From assembly GCA_035495615.1 (NCBI GenBank), contig DATJFP010000097.1:4495-68494 (forward strand): a DNA stretch of 64,000 nt. The letters are read 5' to 3'. Origin of the DNA: Verrucomicrobiia bacterium. GTDB lineage: Bacteria > Omnitrophota > Omnitrophia > Omnitrophales > Aquincolibacteriaceae. A program made the position numbers and the translations under genes. This document shows positions 27,743-37,144 of this stretch, piece after piece; positions within the stretch are counted from its first letter, which is position 1; the number at the start of each line of letters is the position of its first letter. Under the pieces are notes generated by a model. The model saw only the letters and a list, made by a program, of their open reading frames with translations. It was not told the DNA's origin and did not search any database.

Positions 27743-29458
27743 GTGAAAGCGCAACAGGACAACAGTGCCTCCCCGTCGTGGCCGGTTCTTGGCTGCGGCG
27801 TGGGCCTCCGTTCGGACCACTACAATGATGTTCTGCGCGAGTGGCCGAAAATGGACTGGTTCGAGGCCGTCACGGAAAACTACATGGATTCCGGCGGCAG
27901 GCCTCTCCACATCCTGGAGCAGGTACGGCGCCGTTATCCTGTTGCGCTTCACGGCGTTTCCCTTTCCATCGGGTCCATGGACCCGCTCCATCCCGGTTAC
28001 CTCCAGCGCCTGAAGGCGCTCGTCGAACGCATCGAACCTTTCGCCGTTTCCGACCACCTGTGCTGGTCCGGCATCGATACCCAGCAATTGCACGATCTTC
28101 TGCCGCTGCCGTACACCGAAGAGTCGGTGAGGCACGTGGTGCGGCGCGTGGACCAGGTGCAGGAACTCCTGCGCCGTCCCATCCTTCTGGAAAACGTTTC
28201 CACGTATGTGACCTACAAGCATTCCACGATGAAGGAATGGGATTTTCTCAGTGAAGTGGCCGCGCGTTCGGGCTGCGGCATCCTGCTCGACCTCAATAAT
28301 ATTTACGTGAACTCCCGCAATCACGGCTTTGATCCCAAGGAATACCTCGACGCAATCGACGGCTCCAAGGTCGCTCAGTACCACCTCGCCGGCCACACGG
28401 ACATGGGCGATTTTCTTTTCGACACGCACACCGGCGAAATCATCAATCCCGTCTGGGACATTTACAAAGACGCGCTTGCAAGGTGGGGGAAAGTCTCCAC
28501 GCTGATCGAATGGGACGAAAAGATCGAGGAATATTCGAAGCTCTCAAGGCAGGCGGAAATGGCGCGCGCGCTTTACGACCGTGCCGGCACCGCGCGGCAG
28601 AAGGCGCCGGTCCGCGTATCGCTCGATAAAGCGCCTGAGGCTGGGCCCTCGCTTCTGGAATCGCAGCGCTGGATGAAAAGCTACATCCAGCCGCACGGCT
28701 CCCAGGAACCTCATCAGGAAGGATCGTTACTTAATCGCCAGGGCCGGGCGAGCGGGGAAGAACGCATGGATGTTTACGCGGGCGGTTATGCCGCGCGCAT
28801 GCGCGACGCGCTGGACGATGTTTACGAAGCGCTCAACCGCATCCTGGGCGAAAAACTTTTCTGGGAGATGGCGCAGGCTTACGCCGCGGAATACCCGTCG
28901 CAGGAATATAACCTGAGCCTCGCCGGCCGGCATTTGCCGGAATTTCTCCAAAAGCAAAATCCGATCACGGCAAAGTTCCCGTTCCTGCCGGACCTCGCCG
29001 CGCTGGAAAGGCTTGTGGCCGCGTCGTTCCATGCGTTCGACGAAAAGCCGCTTGCGCCGTCGGACCTTGCCGGGCTTTCGCCGGACGATTTCGAGAGGAT
29101 CCGCATTTTCTTCCAGCCTTCGGTGGCCGTCATGAAGTCCGCGTGGCCGGTTTGCGATTTGTGGGAAGCAAGGAATGCGCCCGCGGGAAAACTTAACGTC
29201 CCATTCGAAGGCCGGCCCCAGAACGTGCTCGTCGGCCGCCGGGACCTGAAAGTCCATTGCCAGGTCCTCGACGGCCGCCAGGTCCTGCTCCTGGAACTCC
29301 TGCTTTCCGGAAAAACCCTGGGCGAGGCGTGCGAAATCCTGCTGCAGGGCGGGGACGAACCTCTGCCCGTGTCCGAGTGGTTCGCGCAGTGGATGGCCGC
29401 GGGCTTTTTGCGCGGCTACGAGATCGCGCATCCGGCCGACGCGGCCGGAAACGGCTAG
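27743..29458 (+). CDS. fused MNIO (DUF692/MbnB-like TIM-barrel) - DUF2063 (MbnC/BufC-like) RiPP-maturation protein
   Basis: The N-terminal ~290 aa match UPF0276/DUF692 closely: GVGLRSDHY, WFEAVTENYMDSGGRPL, HGVSLSIGS, ISDHLCW, LLPLPYTEE, ILLENVSTY, GILLDLNNIYV, YHLAGH. The C-terminal ~270 aa look like DUF2063. GTG start. Confidence 0.8.
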   Translation: MKAQQDNSASPSWPVLGCGVGLRSDHYNDVLREWPKMDWFEAVTENYMDSGGRPLHILEQVRRRYPVALHGVSLSIGSMDPLHPGYLQRLKALVERIEPFAVSDHLCWSGIDTQQLHDLLPLPYTEESVRHVVRRVDQVQELLRRPILLENVSTYVTYKHSTMKEWDFLSEVAARSGCGILLDLNNIYVNSRNHGFDPKEYLDAIDGSKVAQYHLAGHTDMGDFLFDTHTGEIINPVWDIYKDALARWGKVSTLIEWDEKIEEYSKLSRQAEMARALYDRAGTARQKAPVRVSLDKAPEAGPSLLESQRWMKSYIQPHGSQEPHQEGSLLNRQGRASGEERMDVYAGGYAARMRDALDDVYEALNRILGEKLFWEMAQAYAAEYPSQEYNLSLAGRHLPEFLQKQNPITAKFPFLPDLAALERLVAASFHAFDEKPLAPSDLAGLSPDDFERIRIFFQPSVAVMKSAWPVCDLWEARNAPAGKLNVPFEGRPQNVLVGRRDLKVHCQVLDGRQVLLLELLLSGKTLGEACEILLQGGDEPLPVSEWFAQWMAAGFLRGYEIAHPADAAGNG

Positions 29459-29494
29459 CCTCCTGACAACCCGATTTCAACCGTGGCGGGCTGA

Positions 29495-31624
29495 GTGACT
29501 TCGAGCTCCCAATCCAATCCCAACGGTTCGAGCTCCTGGAAAGTTTTCGCTTACATCGCCGTTCCCGCGGCCCTTGCGTTTCTTCTCATCCTCAAGGTGT
29601 TCCTGATCTCCGGATGCTTTGCCTTCGACGCGAATGACGACGCGGGCTACACGTTCCTGAGCCTTGCCGCCGCGCGCCATGTGCTCCGGCAGGGCGCGTT
29701 GCCGCTTCTGAATCTCTATCATGCTTTCGGGACGCCGATCCCGGGCGACTGCCTCACGTTTCCGTTTGCCCCGCAGGCCGTCACGTATGCGTTCCTGCCC
29801 GGCAAGTACGCGATGACCGTGAACCGTTTCGTGCTGGCCTGGATTACCGTGGCCGTCCTGACGCTCTATTACCGCCGGCGCCTGCCGCATCCCTGGGCCT
29901 CGTTCTGCGCGGTGCTCGCGTTTCTCACCCCGGGCGCGCTGTGGAATTTCGCGCACCATCACTATCAGACCGCGCTTCTTTTCTCCGCGGCGCTTTTGCT
30001 TTTCGAGGAGCGCTTCATCGAAAACGGGAAAAAGCGCGACGCGGTTTTCTTTTACGCGGCCGCGGTGCTGATGATCCAGAGCCTCAGCATGATGATCGTG
30101 CTGATCGCCGTTTTTTTCTCGGCGGCGAACGCCTTTTTCGAAGCCGGAAAGGAAAGAAGGCCCCGCGCGCTGCGCATCGCCGCGCTTCTTGCCGCGGCCT
30201 TTGTTTTCCAGATTCCGGAAGTCCTGTCCTTCCTGGCGCAGGCCGCGGGAAGCCTGCGCGCGTCTTCGGGGTTCGGCATCGAAATCCCGCCGCGCCGGAT
30301 GCTGGCAGGCATCCTGGGCGGCCTCACGGATTTCCGGCATCTCCACGAAGCCTGGATTTATTTTCCGCTGCCGCTCATGGCCGCGGTGGCCGCGGGATGG
30401 AAAAAGACGGGCCGAGGCGCCGTGAAAATTCTGACCCTTGGCGTCCTGCCGCTTTTCGGCGTTACGGTGCTGCTCATGTGCCAGCGCCTTTATTGGGCGA
30501 TCCCGTATTTGAAATCGACGGACATCACGCGGTTCTGGTGGGTCTCCAATATTTTCCTGATGGCGGCGCCGGGCGCTTTTTTTGCCGGCCTGAAGGAAAG
30601 GACGGTGCGGCAGGCCGCCCTTTTTGCTTCCGCCGTCTTCGCGGGCTTTCTGCTTTCGCAGCTCGCCGTCGATTACCGGACGCTCGACCGTTTCGTTCGC
30701 GAACCGGTTTTTATTTTCACGGTGCTGGCGATGGCGTATGCCGCTTTTCTCGCGCTGGGCGGAGAAGCGAAGGCCGCGGCCGTTTCCAAAATCTTTTCCG
30801 CGCTCATGGCGCTGACGGTGCTTGCCGCGCTGTACCCGGTGGTCCGCCATACCCTGGGCTTCGAGGATCTGAAAAAATGCCGCGTCTCGCATTGGTTTTC
30901 CGACGCCGCGGACCAGGATTACGCGCTGCAGCCGCTCGTGCCGTTTCTCCAGCCGGGTTCGCGCATCACGCACGAAGCGCACATGGTTTACCGCCACGAC
31001 GCGAAGGTGAATGCCAACGGCCTTTTCGGCGCGCAGCCCGTGACGCCGCTGCATTACCGCCCTTTTGACGAATATCTCATCGGCCGGGGGCTCGTACAGA
31101 AAGAAACGGACACGTACGGGCTCGGCCAGTACCATTTTATCCAGCCGTGGAGGGCGGACGCTCTCCGCGATCTCGGCATCCGCTACGTGGTGCAGGGCGG
31201 ACGTAACCCGCAGGCCGAAAGCGAGGGCTGGAAAAACGTGACGAATTACGCCGTGCTTTCCCTTTATGAAAATCCGCGGCCCGTCAGCCTGGCGTATCTC
31301 GAAGAGGGAAGCTCGAGGACGGCGCTGCCGCAGGAAGCGATCCGGTTCCGCCGCAACGGCCTGGAAGCCGCGCTGCCGGCGCTGGAGAGGGAAGAAGAAC
31401 TCGTGGCGGCTTTTGCGGCAAGGCCCGGATGGAAAGCGCGTGTCGATGGAAACCTTCGGGCCCTGGACTCTGCGGCCGGGGAAGCGCCGCTTCTCCGCGT
31501 GAAGGTCGGGCCCGGCAATCATGCCGCCTCTTTCGATTACGAACCGTTCAGCCTGGGACAGGTTTTGCTTTGCGCGATTTTATCGCTGGGAATTTTGGGG
31601 CTCGCGCTTCGGCGCGCGTCTTGA
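29495..31624 (+). CDS. YfhO-like polytopic membrane protein (GT-C-like glycosyltransferase family)
   Basis: 709 aa with many TM helices. The C-terminal GWKARVDGN…LRVKVGPGNHAASFDYEPFSLG resembles the YfhO C-terminal signature (W.A.VDG…P.G.H.V.F.Y.P). GTG start. Confidence 0.45.
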   Translation: MTSSSQSNPNGSSSWKVFAYIAVPAALAFLLILKVFLISGCFAFDANDDAGYTFLSLAAARHVLRQGALPLLNLYHAFGTPIPGDCLTFPFAPQAVTYAFLPGKYAMTVNRFVLAWITVAVLTLYYRRRLPHPWASFCAVLAFLTPGALWNFAHHHYQTALLFSAALLLFEERFIENGKKRDAVFFYAAAVLMIQSLSMMIVLIAVFFSAANAFFEAGKERRPRALRIAALLAAAFVFQIPEVLSFLAQAAGSLRASSGFGIEIPPRRMLAGILGGLTDFRHLHEAWIYFPLPLMAAVAAGWKKTGRGAVKILTLGVLPLFGVTVLLMCQRLYWAIPYLKSTDITRFWWVSNIFLMAAPGAFFAGLKERTVRQAALFASAVFAGFLLSQLAVDYRTLDRFVREPVFIFTVLAMAYAAFLALGGEAKAAAVSKIFSALMALTVLAALYPVVRHTLGFEDLKKCRVSHWFSDAADQDYALQPLVPFLQPGSRITHEAHMVYRHDAKVNANGLFGAQPVTPLHYRPFDEYLIGRGLVQKETDTYGLGQYHFIQPWRADALRDLGIRYVVQGGRNPQAESEGWKNVTNYAVLSLYENPRPVSLAYLEEGSSRTALPQEAIRFRRNGLEAALPALEREEELVAAFAARPGWKARVDGNLRALDSAAGEAPLLRVKVGPGNHAASFDYEPFSLGQVLLCAILSLGILGLALRRAS

Positions 31625-31631
31625 GAAGGGA

Positions 31632-32374
31632 TCAGGCCCGCTTTTTCGCGAGCATCACGATGCTGGAGCCGAAGGGAAGCGAAAGCCCGCGCGCCATCCA
31701 CGCGGCTTCCTGGTAAACGGCCCAGCGGCAAAGGTCATTGACCGGCCCGGGCGGGATTTCGTTGAAGGATTTCTTCTCGCCGCGCCGCAGCAGCCGATCC
31801 AGCCTGTCGAAAATCACCAGCCCCAGCTTCAGCGGAAAAAGAAGAAGATTGTAGTAAGTGAAATAAACGATCTCGAATTTTTCCCGGAACAATTTGTCCA
31901 TCATGACGCGGTTGTAGCGCCGGTAATGATGGACGACCTCGTCCATTTGCGTCCAAAGCCACTGATGGGCCGGCGTCGTGATCAGGACGTGGCCGCCTTT
32001 TTCGAGATGCTGGTCAAACCATTCCACGGCCTCGGCGTCGTTTTCGATGTGCTCGAAGACTTCGATCAGGACGATCAAATCAAAACGGCGTTCGAGTTTC
32101 TGCGGCAGTTTCCATTGGCGCACCTCCGCCGACCCCCGGAATTTTTCCGCGACATACGCCACCGCGTCCTCATTGAGCTCGAGCCCTGTCACCTTGCCGT
32201 ATTGCTGCAGCGTGGGAATGTTGCAGCCGTAGCCGCAGCCGACGTCCGCGATGCTGAGAGGGCGCGCCGGGGCCAGGTGCTTTTCGATGACGGTCTGCAC
32301 GATTTTTTTGCGCCCCTGCCAGAGCCAGTGTTTGTCCTGAACGTCTTTCATGAGGCGGTATTCGGAGATTTCCA
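31632..32374 (-). CDS. class I SAM-dependent methyltransferase
   Basis: SAM motif I VGCGYGCN. Coding is restricted to the C-terminal 247 codons of track ORF 31632..33146, starting MEISEYRLM; the upstream part of that ORF is an alternate frame of the neighbouring GT-C gene. Confidence 0.65.
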
Positions 32375-32377
32375 TGG

Positions 32378-33919
32378 TTATTTCCTTTTGAACAGGATGT
32401 ACGGGCCCCAGGACTGCACGGGCTGGTAGTGCGAAAACAGGAATTCTTCCAATCCTAAATAGACTAGCATAATGTTCAACTTGAAGGGGCCATTGTCCTT
32501 GTAAGTCAGGATCCAGTCGGGCGGATTGTTCTGGATGTTGTGCGAAACCGCTTCCTGCTGTTTGCCGGGCTGCGGCTGGTCCTGGAATTTGAACTGGAAG
32601 CTGACGCCGGGATACGGCACGCGGCCGGTCAGCGCGTACAGGACGTGCAGGTTCGTGAGCACGAGAAAGGAATCTTTCTGGGGAATGTGGTCGCGGACAT
32701 ACGGCGCGATGGCCTCCAGGTTCCGGCCCCAGATCTCGTAAACGTGCCAGCCCTGCAGCGGCCCTTCCTGCATCGTGTAATCGCAGCAGCGCCCGTATAT
32801 CGAATGCGTCTTCCGGCCGCTGATCGATTCGCAGGCGTAGCCCACGCAGCGCGCGGTCTGGAACAGCACGAGAAAAGAAAGCAGCGCGGCCCCAGCCTTG
32901 AAAAGAGGGGATTTCCTTCCGCCTTCGGCGGCATCGCTTTGGAAGATTACGCAGAAGCCGAGCGCGACGATCATGCCCAGAAGCGGCATGTGGCCGGGAT
33001 GGCGGTGCGAGCCGGTAATGTGCGAGAAAATCGCGGTCATGGCCACGCCCGCCAGCAGCACGTAGAATTCGCGGAGTTTCCAGAGGCTGCGCCGCGCGAG
33101 CCAGGTTCCGGCCAGAAGCGGCAGCCAGTAGCCGTGATTCAGCCATTCGCCCGGCGAAGTCATGCGCTGGAAGCGGCTGCCCATATTGTTATTGTAGTAA
33201 TCGAAGTTGTTGACGAGAAAGGCCGGAATGTCGCCGATCAGATGCAGGCCGAGGAGCGCCGTGGCCCAGCAGCCGGCGGCGTAGCCGAAAAATCCCCAGG
33301 CCCGGAACTCGCGGTTGACCAGAAAAAAGACCAGGAAGACGAAGCCGAACAGGAGTCCGTCATTGAGCTTCGTCAGTACCGCGCTCAGCGCAAGAAATCC
33401 GGTGGCGAAGCCGGTCCAGAACGCAGCCTCGCGGCTCGTGAAAGGCATGCGCGCCAGAAGCAGGCAGGTCCCGACGATGCCCCAGAAGCTGACGTAAGTG
33501 TCGTACGTGGGAAAGGCGTAAAACCAGTTGAAGCCGCACGCGGTCATGAGCGCTGCGAGAAAGGCGAACGGCCAGGGAATCCATTTCTTCGCGGCGGCAT
33601 ACACCACCAGAGTCGCGAGCGAGCTGGTCACGACGAGCAGCGTCAGGATCGCGGCCTTGCCGAATCCCAGGATCTTGAAAAGCAGGGCGAGTGTGTCCAC
33701 GTAAAGGGGCACGGCGTGGAAATGAAAATCCACGTAAAGGCGCTGGCCCATCGTGATGCGCCAGGCCGTGTTCAAAAAGCCGCCGTAATCTTCGGGATCG
33801 AACCCGTACAGCATCGCCTTCTTGAGCAGCGCGAAATTCACGAGCAGGAGCGCGGCGAGCGCGAGCCATTCCGCGAGCGCGGGATATCTTGCCGTATTTT
33901 GGACCGTCGGCTTGTTCAT
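32378..33919 (-). CDS. GT-C-fold membrane glycosyltransferase (ArnT/PMT/GT39-like)
   Basis: 513 aa with about 12 TM helices. N-terminal loop GFDPEDYGG. Overall architecture matches polyprenyl-phosphate-sugar-dependent GT-C enzymes. Its stop is 3 nt from the MTase start. Confidence 0.45.
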   Translation of the reverse strand: MNKPTVQNTARYPALAEWLALAALLLVNFALLKKAMLYGFDPEDYGGFLNTAWRITMGQRLYVDFHFHAVPLYVDTLALLFKILGFGKAAILTLLVVTSSLATLVVYAAAKKWIPWPFAFLAALMTACGFNWFYAFPTYDTYVSFWGIVGTCLLLARMPFTSREAAFWTGFATGFLALSAVLTKLNDGLLFGFVFLVFFLVNREFRAWGFFGYAAGCWATALLGLHLIGDIPAFLVNNFDYYNNNMGSRFQRMTSPGEWLNHGYWLPLLAGTWLARRSLWKLREFYVLLAGVAMTAIFSHITGSHRHPGHMPLLGMIVALGFCVIFQSDAAEGGRKSPLFKAGAALLSFLVLFQTARCVGYACESISGRKTHSIYGRCCDYTMQEGPLQGWHVYEIWGRNLEAIAPYVRDHIPQKDSFLVLTNLHVLYALTGRVPYPGVSFQFKFQDQPQPGKQQEAVSHNIQNNPPDWILTYKDNGPFKLNIMLVYLGLEEFLFSHYQPVQSWGPYILFKRK

Positions 33920-33947
33920 GATTTTGAAAATCCTGTTTTTCCGAAGG

Positions 33948-36164
33948 TTAGGGCGCGCGTCTCAGCGGCATCAAGGCGTCCGCGGCGAAAACAAAGAGTG
34001 CCAGCGTGAAAAAGATACCATACGCGGCCACGGTAACGCTGCGGAAACTTTCGCCGTCATTCCAATAATATAATTTCACGCGATGCCTGCCGTGCGGAAC
34101 AAAAACAGCCTTGAAGCCGACGTTCGCGTGGTTGACCGCCGTTTGTTTTCCGTCGACGGACGCATGCCAGCCCGGATGCCAGGCATCCACGTAATAAAGC
34201 CAGGCGCCTTTCGGATAAGTGACGTCCGCCTCCGCCTCCAGGCGGTTGAAAGAAAAGTCCGTGACCTTGACGCGGCCCGCTTCCGCATTCGGCGCGGGAG
34301 TCCAGGATGCCTGGATTTCCGCGGGGATGCCTTCAAGGAAAACTTTTTCCGGCTCGCGATTCAGCCGGAAAAGGCTTTGTCCGGCCGACTCGGTGCTGGG
34401 CGAAAACTCGACGTCGGTGACAAGCCGCAGCTTCGGCCCTTCGCAGCCCACGGTGCCGAAGCACGAGCTGCGCGCGATCATGAAAAACTTTCCGAACCAT
34501 TCATTCCATTCGAAGTTGGTGTACTCCTCGGCGTGATAAGTGTCAAAGAAAAGGAAGTTGTAGATTTCCTTCTGGAACCGCGCCGGGCTGCGGTTCAAAA
34601 GCTCTTCGGCCTCGACCATGCGGGGCTGGGTTCCCTTCAGGCCCCGCGCCTCCTGATATTGAAACGGGAAAACCTCGAGAAGTTCGCGGCTCAGGCTGGC
34701 GATGCGCATGGGCCAGGTCTTGAAAAAAGCGGCCTGGAAAAGATAAAGGTTTGCCGTAAGGGCGGCCACGGCAATCAGTCCGCTCAAGCGGGGAAAACGG
34801 AAGGCCAGGAGAACCGCGAGGCCGCCGGCGGCCGTGATCACGAGGCCCTGCGAAAAAACCTGCGGCCACAACACCCAGTTGTCCGCCTGCATGGCGTCGA
34901 ACGGCAGGCGCATCCAGACCATGAACCCGAGGACGACGGCAAGGCTGGCCGGAAAAGCGAGGAGCACGCGCCGGCGCGCGGAGGAACCGGCCTCCGCCGC
35001 ATGCGCCAGGAAATGATCGAGGCCGAAACCCGCAAGCAAAATAAGAAACGGCCGCATCAGGCCGCCGAGAATGCCCACGTAACGGAAAAGGCGGATGGGC
35101 GGAAAAATTTCGTAGATGAATTCCGCGATGGGCGTGTTTGCGCCGAGAGAGAGCGCGCCGATCAGAAAGAGCGACGCGGCGAGCGCCGCATGAAAAAGAT
35201 TCCTTACACAAACGAGGCCGGTCAGGAGAAAGGCAAGCGTGAGCCCGCCGACGAAAACGCTCATCTTCAGCGGCACATAGGACGGGTAAAGGGCCGTCAG
35301 GAATTTTTCCGGCCCGGTATAGCCGCCGTGCTGGAGGAAAAGCTGCAGCGGCACCGTGAAATCGGAGCTTCTTCCTTGCTGCATGCTGTCGATGTGGTCG
35401 TACATGTGAAGCGCGAAAAGGACAAACAGGCCGGCCACGGCGAGAAAGGCCGCGGCGCCCGCGGCATTAGGCCCTTCCGGCGCGAAGAGTGTTTTGAAGA
35501 GCGTCCTTTTGCGGAAGATCATGAAAACGAGAAAGACGGAGACGATTAGCATGTTGAGCGCCGCGAAATAAGGCGGAATCCCGAATTGCACGGTGACCGA
35601 CACGAGGCCCGCAAGCCAGAGGTAAACCGCTTTTTCTCTTTTATAGAAAAGGACCAGGAAGTAAAGGATGAGCGGCAGCAGGTAGAAGATCCGGAAATTC
35701 CAGTAGACGTTCGTCAGCCAGATCGTGCTTCCCACCATCGCGACGGAGCAGAAAAGGACGGAGGCGCGTTTTTTGAAAAGTTCGCCGCCCAGAAGGGAAG
35801 TGCCGAGAACGAGCATGCCTTCTTCCAGCAGGATGGAAAATTTAAAAAGGAAATTAACGTCCCGGATGCGCAGAAGGCCGCCCGCGAGGCCCGCGAAGTA
35901 TTGGGCCGGGGTGAAGGTGTCGAGCTGCGCGTAGTCCATCGATATCCCATAAACGCCGTACGGGAACCACTGGGCCAGCTCATGATGGAAGAAAAAGTTG
36001 GTGTAATAGGTGTAAAAGCGCTGGAAAACGTAGATGGTATCGCCCTGGTACCAGACATGGCGGTCCCAGACCGGGAAGCGGAAGAGGGCCCAGGCCAGCA
36101 GCAGGAATAAAACTTCGGGCGCCCGGAAAAGGGCTTTTTTGTCGAAGCTGAGGGTTGTCTTCAT
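33948..36164 (-). CDS. YfhO-family large membrane protein
   Basis: 738 aa. C-terminal VDAWHPGWHASVDGKQTAVNHANVGFKAVFVPHGRHRVKLYY matches the YfhO C-terminal signature, and the N-terminal half is polytopic. Confidence 0.5.
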   Translation of the reverse strand: MKTTLSFDKKALFRAPEVLFLLLAWALFRFPVWDRHVWYQGDTIYVFQRFYTYYTNFFFHHELAQWFPYGVYGISMDYAQLDTFTPAQYFAGLAGGLLRIRDVNFLFKFSILLEEGMLVLGTSLLGGELFKKRASVLFCSVAMVGSTIWLTNVYWNFRIFYLLPLILYFLVLFYKREKAVYLWLAGLVSVTVQFGIPPYFAALNMLIVSVFLVFMIFRKRTLFKTLFAPEGPNAAGAAAFLAVAGLFVLFALHMYDHIDSMQQGRSSDFTVPLQLFLQHGGYTGPEKFLTALYPSYVPLKMSVFVGGLTLAFLLTGLVCVRNLFHAALAASLFLIGALSLGANTPIAEFIYEIFPPIRLFRYVGILGGLMRPFLILLAGFGLDHFLAHAAEAGSSARRRVLLAFPASLAVVLGFMVWMRLPFDAMQADNWVLWPQVFSQGLVITAAGGLAVLLAFRFPRLSGLIAVAALTANLYLFQAAFFKTWPMRIASLSRELLEVFPFQYQEARGLKGTQPRMVEAEELLNRSPARFQKEIYNFLFFDTYHAEEYTNFEWNEWFGKFFMIARSSCFGTVGCEGPKLRLVTDVEFSPSTESAGQSLFRLNREPEKVFLEGIPAEIQASWTPAPNAEAGRVKVTDFSFNRLEAEADVTYPKGAWLYYVDAWHPGWHASVDGKQTAVNHANVGFKAVFVPHGRHRVKLYYWNDGESFRSVTVAAYGIFFTLALFVFAADALMPLRRAP

Positions 36165-36330
36165 GAAGTCGGGTTTTAGCCGGGTGGAATCCAGGAACCC
36201 GGCTGCCCCGCTTGCCGGGACAAAATTTACTACGACATTTTTCGGAACTTACTGAATTTTAATCTTTTAAGCGTTCGAGCCGATAATATTGTTTCCTGAA
36301 CCGGCCTTTTGGCCGTCGGAAAGGAAGGAC

Positions 36331-37062
36331 ATGAACGCGCAAAATCGTGACCCCAAAGTCACGCTGGCCGTCTATACCCTCAATGAAATTGACGGGATGC
36401 GCGCGGTCATGCCCAAAGTCCGCAAAGAGTGGTGCGACGAAATCATCGTGATCGACGGCGGGTCCACGGACGGGACGGTCGAGTACGCCAGGGAGCAGGG
36501 CTATGCCGTTTACCGGCAGAAAGAGCCGCGGTGGGGCGGCGCGCACCGGGAGGCTTACAGCCGGGCCGCGGGCGACATCGTGATCGATTTTTCCCCGGAT
36601 GGGAATTCCGTGCCGGAACTCATCCCGCAGCTCGTGGCCAAGATCAAAGAGGGATACGACATGGTCATTGCGTCGCGTTATACCGGAGGCGCCAAAAGCG
36701 ACGACGACACCGCGGTGACGGGCTTCGGCAACAGTCTTTTTACATTTCTGGTGAACTTGCTTTTCGGCTGCCGGTATACGGATTCGCTGGTCATTTACCG
36801 CGCCTTCACCCGCCCGTTTCTCGAAAAAGCGGGGGTCGTCAACTGCAGCCTGCCGCAATGCGTGACCGTCCTGACCTGCATCCGGGCGGCGAAAATCAAG
36901 GCCAGGACCGCGGACGTGCCCGGGGACGAGCCTCCCCGCATCGGAGGCCACCCCAAGATGAACCCCTTGATCGACGGGCTGCGCGTGCTGGCCGTGATTT
37001 TTAAGGAATTTTTTATTCGCGATTTTAAAAAAAGCTGCGTTTCCCAGAACATTCAAGCGTGA
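36331..37062 (+). CDS. GT2 polyprenyl-phosphate sugar transferase (DPM1/ArnC/GtrB-like), paralog a
   Basis: VTLAVYTLNEIDGM…IIVIDGGSTDGT…DIVIDFSPDGNSVPE…GYDMVIASRY — the classic GT2 DxD-type layout. The ATG at 36331 is preceded by aaggaagg. Confidence 0.7.
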   Translation: MNAQNRDPKVTLAVYTLNEIDGMRAVMPKVRKEWCDEIIVIDGGSTDGTVEYAREQGYAVYRQKEPRWGGAHREAYSRAAGDIVIDFSPDGNSVPELIPQLVAKIKEGYDMVIASRYTGGAKSDDDTAVTGFGNSLFTFLVNLLFGCRYTDSLVIYRAFTRPFLEKAGVVNCSLPQCVTVLTCIRAAKIKARTADVPGDEPPRIGGHPKMNPLIDGLRVLAVIFKEFFIRDFKKSCVSQNIQA

Positions 37063-37144
37063 GGGTCGCTTTTGTGAGTTTTGGCGGGTACACTAATAGG
37101 GACGCGTCATCGCTTAACCGGTTATCCACCTCCTCGAGGGTTTC

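Noticed and set aside
29477-31522. 681-aa minus-strand ORF opposite the YfhO-like gene
   Set aside because: The translation is an Arg/Glu/Gly-rich repetitive product with no TM helices. The plus-strand product is a coherent polytopic protein.
32375-33146. N-terminal 257 codons of track ORF 31632..33146
   Set aside because: This stretch is an alternate frame across the 3' half of the GT-C gene 32378..33919. Only the C-terminal methyltransferase part (from MEISEY at 32374) has motifs and an independent start.
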